Counted from the stretch's first letter, positions 1 to 8,302 are shown. The stretch: DNA of 40,634 bases from a bacterium (GCA_021787535.1 JAJYLR010000001.1:449687-490320), one strand, 5' to 3'. Made by a program: numbers and translations. The notes: generated by a model not told the origin, from the sequence alone.

Positions 1-1
1 A

Positions 2-1060
2 CTCCATGTTATCGGAAGTGAGCGCCATGAAGCAAGGCGTATCGACAATCAGCTTCGAGGCCGTTGCGGACGCCAGGGCGATCCCGGATCTACGCAGTTC
101 TACGTATCTCTTGAGGATGATCTTATGAGAATTTTCGGCTCAGACAGGATCGGTGGAGTTATGGAAAAGCTCGGTTTACCGGAAGACCAGCCCATCCAGC
201 ATAAAATGATTTCCAAATCTCTGGAAAGCGCTCAGCGCAAAGTAGAAGGACATAACTTTGACATACGAAAACACTTAGTCGAATACGACGATGTAATGAA
301 TAAACAGCGCGAATATGTCTACGGGAAAAGACGAATGATCCTAGAAAACAGCGATTTAAAAACAGAAATCCTGGAGCATTTCAACGAAGCTAGCGAATAT
401 TTGGTCAATGAAAATATCAATGCCCAGACAGAGGAGTTTAATGCGGATGATTTTATAAAAACTTTTGAAGCTATCGTCCCGACAGATAATACTTTTAAGA
501 AAAAGATTCAAAAAGAAGATCCGGATAAAATAGTTGATCAAGCTATTTCCCATATCAAAAAACAATATGATGCTAGAGAAAAAGAGTTTACACCTGAAAT
601 AATGAGAAATATCGAACGATCGGTATACCTTCACATTATTGATACGCTATGGATTGACCATCTAGACGCTATAGATCACTTGAGGGAGGGGATAGGGCTT
701 CGAGCTTACGGCCAGATGGAGCCCCTGGTCGAATACAAGAAAGAATCTTACAGAATGTTTCAGCAATTTTTGGCAGGCATAAGAAGTGAAATAGTAAATA
801 TGATATTCAAAGTGCATCTCCAGAATCCGGAAGCAGAAGAAAAGACTCGGCTCGAAAAACTGTCTGAAAACTCTGTAGAACAGGGGGCTGAGAACCAAGC
901 AAATTCGAAAAACCAATCTCAAAACGCAAATATTATGCGCCGAGAAGCAGCCGGACAAGTCGAAAAAAATCAGACCGTTCAAAAGAATAATAAAGTCGGA
1001 CGAAACGATCCATGTCCATGCGGGTCAGGCAAAAAATACAAAAAGTGCTGCGGAAAGTAG
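2..1060 (+). CDS. secA: Preprotein translocase SecA, C-terminal part (5' end lies outside the window)
   Basis: Frame is open from base 2: LHVIGSERHEARRIDNQLRGRCGRQGDPG (SecA helicase motifs V/VI), then QRKVEGHNFDIRK, LREGIGLRAYGQ and the C-terminal SEC-C motif GRNDPCPCGSGKKYKKCCG. Confidence 0.98.
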   Translation, partial: LHVIGSERHEARRIDNQLRGRCGRQGDPGSTQFYVSLEDDLMRIFGSDRIGGVMEKLGLPEDQPIQHKMISKSLESAQRKVEGHNFDIRKHLVEYDDVMNKQREYVYGKRRMILENSDLKTEILEHFNEASEYLVNENINAQTEEFNADDFIKTFEAIVPTDNTFKKKIQKEDPDKIVDQAISHIKKQYDAREKEFTPEIMRNIERSVYLHIIDTLWIDHLDAIDHLREGIGLRAYGQMEPLVEYKKESYRMFQQFLAGIRSEIVNMIFKVHLQNPEAEEKTRLEKLSENSVEQGAENQANSKNQSQNANIMRREAAGQVEKNQTVQKNNKVGRNDPCPCGSGKKYKKCCGK

Positions 1061-1061
1061 T

Positions 1062-1090
1062 TCGACAATATAAAGTTTTTATGGTATCAT
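1062..1090 (+). promoter_or_regulatory. Sigma70-like promoter of small-peptide operon 1
   Basis: TCGACA-N17-TATCAT with TG upstream of the -10, ahead of GGGAGG and ORF 1138. Confidence 0.5.
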
Positions 1091-1137
1091 AATGCCTTGA
1101 GTTTTTAAAAACGTGTTCCTTCAACAAGGGAGGAAGT

Positions 1138-1329
1138 ATGTGGATACTTAATCTGATATTTCTGACCCTACTTTTTGTCTTATCTTATGTTCTCTGTTTG
1201 CCAGTTTCGGTCGTTCGAGCACTGAAAAAATGGAAAAAGGGAGCAACTGCACCAGTCGTGTTTTACACAACCTTTGAAATTCCGGGTAAGATTACTCTAT
1301 CCATTCTCAAAGTTATCGTAAAAAGCTAG
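1138..1329 (+). CDS. Small membrane protein, 63 aa
   Basis: SD AAGGGAGG; N-terminal hydrophobic helix followed by basic KKWKK. Confidence 0.65.
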   Translation: MWILNLIFLTLLFVLSYVLCLPVSVVRALKKWKKGATAPVVFYTTFEIPGKITLSILKVIVKS

Positions 1330-1342
1330 GAAGGAGAGATAA

Positions 1343-1480
1343 ATGAAAAAACTCATACTGGCCGCTACGGGTATAGCAGCAATCATATGGGTATTTCGAG
1401 ATAACATCTCGATATTCTTACAAAGTTGCGATGAACACATGTGCAAGGTTCTCGGTGTTCACTACACAGGAAAAATCTAA
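1343..1480 (+). CDS. Small membrane peptide, 45 aa (MKKLILAATGIAAIIWVFRDNISIFLQSCDEHMCKVLGVHYTGKI)
   Basis: Translated by hand (below the ORF-track cutoff); SD AAGGAG; single hydrophobic helix. Confidence 0.65.
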   Translation: MKKLILAATGIAAIIWVFRDNISIFLQSCDEHMCKVLGVHYTGKI

Positions 1481-1504
1481 GTAATATCCAGGGAGGTGAA
1501 TATT

Positions 1505-1663
1505 TTGCACAAGTTCAAGATTTTCAGCTGGATGTCCATCTTAATCCTTCTTGGCTGGATTTGCCGGGATGAGATTCGCGAACATCTAGAAACACGCCGC
1601 AACCATCAAAGATACTCTGATGACTGGGGTAGAATGGAAGGTGCTATGCTGCACTGCCGATAA
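1505..1663 (+). CDS. Small membrane peptide, 52 aa, TTG start (MHKFKIFSWMSILILLGWICRDEIREHLETRRNHQRYSDDWGRMEGAMLHCR)
   Basis: Perfect SD GGAGGTGA 5 nt before TTG; TM helix then WxxRDxI, as in the preceding peptide. Confidence 0.6.
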   Translation: MHKFKIFSWMSILILLGWICRDEIREHLETRRNHQRYSDDWGRMEGAMLHCR

Positions 1664-1681
1664 AAAGCAACACAAGAGGCG

Positions 1682-1743
1682 GGAACTCCCAAATTTTTGG
1701 GAGTTCCAATCGCGGCTCGAAGAAGATCTTCGAGTCTTTTTTT
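1682..1743 (+). terminator. Double hairpin / intrinsic terminator
   Basis: GGAACTCCCAAA/TTTGGGAGTTCC stem, then CTCGAAGA/TCTTCGAG stem followed by a T run. Confidence 0.75.
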
Positions 1744-1817
1744 GTATAAACAACCATTTAAGAAAAAACGATTCTGCATTAGTATTTCACCTAGCAACTT
1801 ATTAACTAACCAACTAT

Positions 1818-2261
1818 ATGGAGCTTACAAGTCCCGCATTTGAAAACGATGAAACAATACCTGCAAGATATACTTGCGACGGCGAAAATATCAGCCCGCC
1901 TTTTGAGATTGTCGATATTCCCGATCATACCAAATCATTTGCTATGACTATGATCGACCCTGACGCGCCAAACGGCACCTTTATTCACTGGACACTCTGG
2001 AATATTTCACCAATTACCACCTTTATTGAGGAGGACGCTGCGCCGCCGGAAGCGATTCAAGGAAAAAATAGTGCCGGCCAATCAAAATATATGGGTCCCT
2101 GCCCGCCACAAGGTGCAGAACATCGTTACGTTTTCACTCTCTATGCCTTAGACACGGCAATACATCTGGCCGAGGATGCTGCTATAGAAAAACTTGAAGC
2201 ATATATTGAAAACCACAATCTGGCAGAAGCTGAACTTATAGGAAGATATGGGAGAACATAA
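1818..2261 (+). CDS. YbhB/YbcL family (PEBP, Raf kinase inhibitor-like) protein
   Basis: LTSPAF, YTCDGENISPP, DPDAP..F.HW, Y.GPCPP...HRY.FTLYALD. Confidence 0.93.
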   Translation: MELTSPAFENDETIPARYTCDGENISPPFEIVDIPDHTKSFAMTMIDPDAPNGTFIHWTLWNISPITTFIEEDAAPPEAIQGKNSAGQSKYMGPCPPQGAEHRYVFTLYALDTAIHLAEDAAIEKLEAYIENHNLAEAELIGRYGRT

Positions 2262-2654
2262 ATGAAAAGTCTGATTATCCAAACAAAACAGAAAAAAGAA
2301 GTGGCAGACATAACCGCCGTTATTGATGAAGCGATAGAACTTGAAAATAGCGAAAATGCCTATCTTTGCCACATCTTTATAACCCACACTACAGCTTGTC
2401 TCGCCACTTGTGATCTCGATCCTGGCACAGATCTCGACATGCTCGATGCTTTTGATAAAATAATTCCTAAGTTAAACTATCGCCATCCGCATGACCCGAG
2501 CCATGTTCCCAATCATATTTTATCCTCAATAATCGGTGCATCTGTGACAATTCCGGTTGTCAAAGATAAGCTTTTTCTCGGCCGCTGGCAAAGAGTGGTT
2601 CTCGTCGAACTCGACGGCCCGAAAGACAGAGAAGTGATAATTAATCTGATTTAA
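2262..2654 (+). CDS. yjbQ: YjbQ/UPF0047 family protein
   Basis: HTTA, YRHPH..SH, LFLGRWQRVVLVELDGP.R motifs. Confidence 0.9.
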   Translation: MKSLIIQTKQKKEVADITAVIDEAIELENSENAYLCHIFITHTTACLATCDLDPGTDLDMLDAFDKIIPKLNYRHPHDPSHVPNHILSSIIGASVTIPVVKDKLFLGRWQRVVLVELDGPKDREVIINLI

Positions 2655-2665
2655 GCACGATAAGA

Positions 2666-2694
2666 TTGACAAAATCTTCATTTTCATTTATAAT
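2666..2694 (+). promoter_or_regulatory. Perfect consensus sigma70 promoter
   Basis: TTGACA (2666-2671)-N17-TATAAT (2689-2694). Confidence 0.85.
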
Positions 2695-2731
2695 CTCTAA
2701 GTCCTGAAATTTTTTCAACCAGGGGAGGTTG

Positions 2732-2896
2732 ATGCACATGCTTCGGAAATCAATATTTATCATTGGCATAATATGTTTACTGCTAGCTTTGAAATTAGTC
2801 AGCAGACATATTAACAGGAGGAAAACAAGCAATCCTAGAATTCATTTTGCCGGATTTTTCGATCCGGGCTGGGGCTATATTAAAAAGGAGAGTTGA
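2732..2896 (+). CDS. Small membrane peptide, 54 aa (MHMLRKSIFIIGIICLLLALKLVSRHINRRKTSNPRIHFAGFFDPGWGYIKKES)
   Basis: Follows the consensus promoter; SD GGGGAGGT; one TM helix; its TGA overlaps the next ATG (TGATG). Confidence 0.65.
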   Translation: MHMLRKSIFIIGIICLLLALKLVSRHINRRKTSNPRIHFAGFFDPGWGYIKKES

Positions 2897-3363
2897 TGCA
2901 CATGAACCACAAAAGCGTTCTGGGAGTATTACTGGGAGTTTCATTGGTTATCATCGGAATTTTGGAAGTTTTTGCCAGGGCTCCGGAGGCAAGAAATGCG
3001 GTCGGGTATCTTTTCATGATACTTTTATGTATCATCGGAATCGTGATCATGGGAGTTGTGATATTCCGGGATAAAGAAGTATACGAACGGTTTTTCCTGG
3101 GCGGCATCGGAGTAATGACTCTGGTTATCCCGATATTACTCACAATATTACTTCTTCCGTGGAAAAACGCAGATGTAGGAATATTGGCGCTCATTATCGC
3201 TATCTTTCTTGCAGGGCTTTTCATGCTCCTGCAAGGAATAGCTCTGAGCAGACCGGTAAAACTAACATTAGATGATTTCAATGATCCTTATTGTCCAGTC
3301 TGCGACAACATATTTCCTTTCGCAAACAAGGATGATAATTGTCCAAATGGCTGTTTGCCATAA
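2896..3363 (+). CDS. Hypothetical 4-TM membrane protein with C-terminal zinc-ribbon-like Cys motif
   Basis: Four hydrophobic segments; CPVC...CPNGC at the C-terminus; SD AAGGAG. Confidence 0.75.
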   Translation: MHMNHKSVLGVLLGVSLVIIGILEVFARAPEARNAVGYLFMILLCIIGIVIMGVVIFRDKEVYERFFLGGIGVMTLVIPILLTILLLPWKNADVGILALIIAIFLAGLFMLLQGIALSRPVKLTLDDFNDPYCPVCDNIFPFANKDDNCPNGCLP

Positions 3364-3380
3364 ACCACTATTCAAGGACA

Positions 3381-3409
3381 AAAGGGACGGCCCCGCGCTG
3401 TCCCTTTTT
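3381..3409 (+). terminator. Intrinsic terminator
   Basis: AAAGGGACGG..CTGTCCCTTT stem plus T run. Confidence 0.7.
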
Positions 3410-3487
3410 CATTTTCATGTTTTTGAACATATTAAAACTGTTTTGATTTTCATATATTAGTATTGTTGTTAAATTAAGGGGGTCAAG

Positions 3488-3853
3488 ATGCCAAAGGTTA
3501 TACATTTTGAATTCGGAGCAGGCGATCCGAAAAGAGCTATAAAGTTCTATGAAGACGTTTTTCAATGGAAAGCCACAAAATACCCGGGTAATGTGGATTA
3601 CTGGCTAATCAAAGCCGGGGATGACAAAGAGATGGGCATAAACGGTGCGATTACTCCAAAACAGAAGGGTTGGAATATCTCAAATAGCATAGCCGTTCAT
3701 TCAGTCGACGAATTTATTGAGCGAATAGAAATGCATGGCGGGGAAGTGACGACAGAAAAAATGGCTATTCCCAAAATGGGCTATATGGCATATTTCAAAG
3801 ACACAGAAGGAAACACATTGAGTATTTTTGAAACTGACCCGAACGCCAAATAA
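3488..3853 (+). CDS. VOC / glyoxalase-bleomycin resistance family protein
   Basis: VIHFE...D..RA..FY..VF.W, GINGAI, G.MAYFKDTEGN. Confidence 0.92.
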   Translation: MPKVIHFEFGAGDPKRAIKFYEDVFQWKATKYPGNVDYWLIKAGDDKEMGINGAITPKQKGWNISNSIAVHSVDEFIERIEMHGGEVTTEKMAIPKMGYMAYFKDTEGNTLSIFETDPNAK

Positions 3854-3922
3854 CTTAAATTTTTGTATTAAACGAGTGATGGGTTTATAATTGCGTTTTC
3901 AAAGTACCTTAGGAGGTAGAAG

Positions 3923-4267
3923 ATGCTTTCTCTTGCGCATCCGGCAGTCCATATTTCGAGCTTTGTAAAAGACAGAAATGTTGCTGAAATTTTTACCATA
4001 AAAGAGTTTAGCGAAACCTTGACCGGCAAAAAATTCTGGACATTGGATATCCTACATGGCTTTATCAAAGACAAAAATTTCTTGAAATCAGCCAATCGGG
4101 ATCGCAAAATACTCATTGATCTCCTTCATATTGAAGAAGTTCAAGAGATATCATTCCGGCGCAATATTCTTTCAGTGCGTGTTTCGAGTAGTGAAAAATG
4201 GAATGAGGTTTTGCCACAAATTGACGAAATTATGAAAGAATATCAGATCAAACTGAGATACCGATAG
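3923..4267 (+). CDS. Hypothetical protein, C-terminus resembles Nfu/NifU N-terminal scaffold domain
   Basis: SD AGGAGGT; LLHIEEVQEISF...LSV......W.EV.PQI pattern recalls Nfu_N (by eye only). Confidence 0.55.
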   Translation: MLSLAHPAVHISSFVKDRNVAEIFTIKEFSETLTGKKFWTLDILHGFIKDKNFLKSANRDRKILIDLLHIEEVQEISFRRNILSVRVSSSEKWNEVLPQIDEIMKEYQIKLRYR

Positions 4268-4319
4268 GCGCGCTTTTTACAGGCGCGCCTATCGCCTGGC
4301 CCTAGACGGGCTTTTTTTA
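4262..4319 (+). terminator. Double hairpin terminator
   Basis: CGATAGGCGCGC/GCGCGCCTATCG stem, then a GC stem ending in GGGC and T7. Confidence 0.7.
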
Positions 4320-4409
4320 TGCTTATTTTTATGTTACAATATTTCTGCCGGAGGTGAGATTTCCTCTGGTATTTTGATAAATGCAACGCGAACAAAAGGA
4401 CGTGAAAGC

Positions 4410-5015
4410 ATGAACCTTTATAACATTATAATATTCATTCTGGGAGCATATCTTCTGGGTTCAATCCATTTCGGGCTGATAGTCGGAAAGACTAAAGGGA
4501 TCGACATCCGAAAAGACGGAAGCGGTAACGTCGGAACAACAAATGTCTTCCGACTGCTCGGCAAAGGATGGGGGACAGTCGTTTTCATTTGCGACACGCT
4601 GAAGGGTTGGATACCGGTTTTTCTGGCGCTTCACTTGACCGGATCTGTAACTTTAGCAGTTCTGACAGCCGGTGCTGTTATCCTCGGACATACTTTTTCC
4701 GTTTTCCTGAAGTTCAAGGGTGGGAAAGGAGTGGCAACTGGACTGGGAACTATCATCTCGCTTATGCCTCTCCTGGCAGCAATCGTATTTATCGAGTTCT
4801 TTGTCATATTCTACCTCGGCAGAATAGTTTCTCTAGCTTCTCTATCAGCTATAGGAACACTGTTAGTTTTGGTTTTTGCGACTAAACAACCTCTAGCACT
4901 CGAAATATTTGTATCACTCAGCACACTGCTCATCTTTTATGCACACAGATCAAACATTGTCCGTCTATTTAAAGGCACTGAAAACAAATTCGGAAAAGCA
5001 AGGAGAACAACATGA
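4410..5015 (+). CDS. plsY: Acyl-phosphate glycerol-3-phosphate acyltransferase PlsY
   Basis: YLLGSI, DIR..GSGNVGTTN.FR, D.LKG, GH.FS.F..FKGGKGVAT, H.SNI.RL..GTE; ATG 4410 preferred over TTG 4374. Confidence 0.95.
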   Translation: MNLYNIIIFILGAYLLGSIHFGLIVGKTKGIDIRKDGSGNVGTTNVFRLLGKGWGTVVFICDTLKGWIPVFLALHLTGSVTLAVLTAGAVILGHTFSVFLKFKGGKGVATGLGTIISLMPLLAAIVFIEFFVIFYLGRIVSLASLSAIGTLLVLVFATKQPLALEIFVSLSTLLIFYAHRSNIVRLFKGTENKFGKARRTT

Positions 5016-5341
5016 GAGAAGCAATGAAAGAAATGGCGCAACAACTTTCTGATCTTAGAAATATCGCGTATATAAAAGGCAGCGATCAAAGCTCAGATGA
5101 TTGCGAGTACTGCATGGCCGCCGCCGCCGTAACAATGGTTATCGAGCATGAGCTTGATGAGATGTATCTAGAAGACAAGGTAGATCATTCGCGTCTTAGA
5201 ATACTTGTCGAAGCCCTAGGCGCAATAACCGAACCTATTTCTGACCCTGAAATCAAGGAACTGACTGAGAAAATCACCAGTTCTCGGTATAAGATAGCAA
5301 CTCGATACCAACCTTTACCTGCCCATCAGGAGCCATCATGA
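5012..5341 (+). CDS. Hypothetical protein
   Basis: ATGA overlap with plsY, SD AGGAG, contains CEYC. Confidence 0.7.
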   Translation: MREAMKEMAQQLSDLRNIAYIKGSDQSSDDCEYCMAAAAVTMVIEHELDEMYLEDKVDHSRLRILVEALGAITEPISDPEIKELTEKITSSRYKIATRYQPLPAHQEPS

Positions 5342-5751
5342 TCAATGCTATTTCTCACATAGCAGATATACTGATGATTCAAAGAAGCGCAACAGAGTTC
5401 ATGAATGACCGGATAGTTTATTTGGTCACTCAGGAAGCACCTATAGCGAATTTCTATTTCCTGGATAGCTTGATAGTCTTTGAACGAAAAGGCAAGTGGC
5501 AAAAAGGGGAAATAGAAATTCTAGAAAAGGCCTTGCATAAAATAGGCATTGATGAGCCGATGAAAGTACATCAAACGGCTCTTCCTATTGATCCACAGAC
5601 CGGACAAGATCTTCTGCTAAAAAGAAATGAGCTGTCAACAAAACTCAAAAAATGGTTTGAATGGATCATCCCTCTTTCGGTTTCTGTTTCAATCTTAATA
5701 TTTGTTGAGGGCTTCATCATCTATGATACATTAACCGGAATGAATAAATAA
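5338..5751 (+). CDS. Hypothetical protein with C-terminal TM helix
   Basis: ATGA overlap, SD AGGAG; hydrophobic C-terminus. Confidence 0.7.
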   Translation: MINAISHIADILMIQRSATEFMNDRIVYLVTQEAPIANFYFLDSLIVFERKGKWQKGEIEILEKALHKIGIDEPMKVHQTALPIDPQTGQDLLLKRNELSTKLKKWFEWIIPLSVSVSILIFVEGFIIYDTLTGMNK

Positions 5752-5754
5752 AGA

Positions 5755-5782
5755 AGGGCCGAACACCGACGATTCGGCCCTC
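5755..5782. terminator. Hairpin between convergent genes
   Basis: AGGGCCGAA/TTCGGCCCT stem. Confidence 0.6.
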
Positions 5783-5804
5783 TAAGACCACATATTTGGT
5801 CTTT

Positions 5805-6011
5805 TTATTTTTTATTAATATACTTCCAGAGAGCAATAATTGCCATAATGAGCACAACAATAACTAGGATATAAACTATCCATATAAAGACAAAAGCGAA
5901 GCCGGAGTTTCCGCCCGTCATATTCTGTACGTTATCATAGTTCATCATCGGCATACCGTATAAACCGTCTCCATGAGCGAGTATTGCACTGCCTAATGCT
6001 AAATAATTCAT
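5805..6011 (-). CDS. Small membrane protein, 68 aa, Met-rich N-terminal region with an AHGD motif
   Basis: ATG at 6011 with SD GGAGA; MNYLALGSAILAHGDGLYGMPMMNY..., C-terminal TM and KK tail; divergent from dsbA. Confidence 0.7.
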   Translation of the reverse strand: MNYLALGSAILAHGDGLYGMPMMNYDNVQNMTGGNSGFAFVFIWIVYILVIVVLIMAIIALWKYINKK

Positions 6012-6079
6012 TTTAAATCTCCATTTTGATGCAACAACGTTAACATACATTCCAAAAGAAGCAAACCTTAACAAAAATC

Positions 6080-6108
6080 TTGACCTTTTGCCGAATACAA
6101 ATTAGCAT
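6080..6108 (+). promoter_or_regulatory. Promoter of dsbA-like gene
   Basis: TTGACC-N17-TAGCAT; shares GAATACAAAWTAGCATT with the promoter at 7001. Confidence 0.65.
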
Positions 6109-6140
6109 TTAATTTAATCAATAATGGAAGGCGCAAAATA

Positions 6141-6908
6141 ATGGCAGAAGAAAAAAATCAAAAGAATGCATCTGCAAAGAAAAAATCTTCACAGCAAGGA
6201 TTCCTCTATGGCGTAATTATTGCGCTTTTAATCATGATGGGTATTCTTTTATTTATAGTTTTAAATGACCGAAACGCAGGCGTAAAGAGCAACTCAGACC
6301 AGGGTACTCAAGGCACGGACACCGCGCAGCAGGCACCCAGTCAAAGTGCAGATATTTCCAAGGTGGATACAAAGGGTGAACCATTTATCGGCAATCAGGA
6401 TGCGCCGGTAACTATGGCCTACTGGTTTGATTACCAGTGCCCGTACTGCAAAAAGTTTGAAACTGATACTTTACCGGAACTGAAGAAGAAATATATAGAT
6501 ACCGGAAAACTTAAGGTGGTTTTCAAAGATTTTCAATTTCTAGGACCAGACTCTCAAACTGCAGGAGCTGCCGCCGAAGCTGTCTGGGAACTTTACCCGA
6601 GCAAATTCTTTGATTGGCAGACCGCAATTTTCAATGCCCAGGGTACGGAGAATAGCGGTTATGATTCTAAAGATAATATTATCAAACTCACAAAAACTAT
6701 ATCAGGAATTGATGCCGATAAAGTATCAAATTTAATGGATCAGAAGAAATCAGATATTCAAACAGAGCTTGATGGAGATAAAACAGAAGGAGAAGGTATG
6801 GGAGTTGAGTCTACTCCGGCGTTCATCATAGGAAAACAGCTGATTAATGGCGCCGAATCGGCCAGTACGTTTGAAAAAGCAATCGACAGCGAACTCAACA
6901 AAAAATAA
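6141..6908 (+). CDS. Membrane-anchored DsbA/BdbD-family thiol-disulfide oxidoreductase
   Basis: N-terminal TM; G..DAPVT....DYQCPYCKKF; cis-Pro loop GVESTPAF.IG. Confidence 0.93.
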   Translation: MAEEKNQKNASAKKKSSQQGFLYGVIIALLIMMGILLFIVLNDRNAGVKSNSDQGTQGTDTAQQAPSQSADISKVDTKGEPFIGNQDAPVTMAYWFDYQCPYCKKFETDTLPELKKKYIDTGKLKVVFKDFQFLGPDSQTAGAAAEAVWELYPSKFFDWQTAIFNAQGTENSGYDSKDNIIKLTKTISGIDADKVSNLMDQKKSDIQTELDGDKTEGEGMGVESTPAFIIGKQLINGAESASTFEKAIDSELNKK

Positions 6909-6929
6909 AGATTGGCCAAATATTAAGCG

Positions 6930-6969
6930 AACAACCCTTAAGTGAATCATCCGAGGGTTGTTTTGTTTT
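6930..6969 (+). terminator. Intrinsic terminator
   Basis: AACAACCCTT/GAGGGTTGTT stem plus T-rich tail. Confidence 0.6.
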
Positions 6970-7000
6970 GGTATTGAAATAATATTTTAAAATAAAATTC

Positions 7001-7053
7001 TTGACACGCTTTTGAATACAAAATAGCATTAAAATATTCAAAAAACTGAATAT
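7001..7053 (+). promoter_or_regulatory. Promoter with downstream palindromic operator
   Basis: TTGACA-N17-TAGCAT (7001-7029), then ATATTC-N8-GAATAT (7034-7053). Confidence 0.7.
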
Positions 7054-7073
7054 AAGCTTAACTATTTTAATCA

Positions 7074-7562
7074 ATGCCAAAAAAATATATCATCTTAGGT
7101 TTTGTGGTACTCCTCGTGATTATTGTGATTTCTGTTTTTGCAGCGTCAAACAGTACGGTAAAAACTGTTTCGCCGGATGACCCAAACAGACCTATAGCAA
7201 AGGTGGAAGAAACTAGCTTCGATCTTGGCAAAATGAATGAAAAAGACACCAAAGACCATGAGTTCAAAATCACAAATACCGGCAAAAGTAATCTTGTTCT
7301 AAGCGAGATGTCCACCTCCTGCATGTGCACATACGGCTACATCATAAAAAGCGATGGCACCAAAAGCCCGCAGTTTTCTATGCATGGCGGCTTTGATAAT
7401 AAGACAGAAGTGGCACCGGGTGATTCTGTGATGGCACAGGTGATATACCAGCCATCGCTTATGCCCGTCGAAGGACCCGTTGAAAGGTATGCATCCATCG
7501 GCACCAATGATCCGAATATGCCCAAGGTAGAACTGGAAGTAAAAGCGGATGTTGCAAAGTAA
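7074..7562 (+). CDS. DUF1573-domain exported protein
   Basis: Signal/TM; FDLG.......HEF.ITNTG...L.L....TSCMCT...VAPG; TNDP. Confidence 0.85.
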   Translation: MPKKYIILGFVVLLVIIVISVFAASNSTVKTVSPDDPNRPIAKVEETSFDLGKMNEKDTKDHEFKITNTGKSNLVLSEMSTSCMCTYGYIIKSDGTKSPQFSMHGGFDNKTEVAPGDSVMAQVIYQPSLMPVEGPVERYASIGTNDPNMPKVELEVKADVAK

Positions 7563-8233
7563 TGAATCCCATTGCTCTTTTTGTGGCCGGTCTAACTGAC
7601 TCTTATAACCCCTGTAGTATCGGAGTACTTTTAGTGTCATTAACTTTTTTAGTGGGTCTTGGCAAAAGAAAACTTATTAGCATCTTCGGACTCAGTTATT
7701 TATCTTTAATATTTCTAACTTATTTCTTGATCGGGCTTGGAGTGCTGCGAGCCTTTCACATCTTCGGCATCCACGGATTTTTTGCTTATGCGGCGGGAAT
7801 AGTCTTAATAGTCGTGGCGATCATCCATGTGCTTCCAATGTACTTAAAGCGGATGCCGATCTTTGCGTGGTTTAACCGCTGCCACATCCCGGCCCGGCTT
7901 GATCAGCACCTTGATAAAGGGGTTTTTATCGCCGGCGCAATTCTCGGCTTTCTGATGGGACTCTGCACCGTCCCTTGCGCGGGAGGAATCTATATGGGGG
8001 CAATAGCGCTAGTTTCTGCTAGCATGACTTTCTGGCAGGGAGTAGCCGGAATTTTTATCTTCAATGTCGGTTTTATCCTTCCCCTTGCTATAATATTCGT
8101 ACTGGCATCCAGGAAAACAATGCTTGAAAAAATGAAAAAAATCAATGTGCGCATTACGGCCTACAGCCCTTACATTATTTCAGTTATAATGATTCTGATG
8201 GGACTGGCACTTATTTATACAGCGAAGATGTAA
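7562..8233 (+). CDS. CcdA/DsbD-like transmembrane disulfide interchange protein
   Basis: About 6 TM helices; DS.NPC in TM1 and CTVPCAGG.Y in TM4. Confidence 0.8.
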   Translation: MNPIALFVAGLTDSYNPCSIGVLLVSLTFLVGLGKRKLISIFGLSYLSLIFLTYFLIGLGVLRAFHIFGIHGFFAYAAGIVLIVVAIIHVLPMYLKRMPIFAWFNRCHIPARLDQHLDKGVFIAGAILGFLMGLCTVPCAGGIYMGAIALVSASMTFWQGVAGIFIFNVGFILPLAIIFVLASRKTMLEKMKKINVRITAYSPYIISVIMILMGLALIYTAKM

Positions 8234-8255
8234 TTTATAGGTTTTTTAGATTCAT

Positions 8256-8275
8256 ATATTCTAAACATTGAATAT
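8256..8275. promoter_or_regulatory. Palindromic operator upstream of arsR-like gene
   Basis: ATATTC-N8-GAATAT, same geometry as 7034-7053. Confidence 0.6.
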
Positions 8276-8302
8276 ATTTTTATGTGGGTGTAATATATTT
8301 TT

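Noticed and set aside
1620-1805. 61-aa + strand ORF in the ORF track
   Set aside because: Overlaps the SD-supported 1505-1663 ORF and runs through the terminator hairpins.
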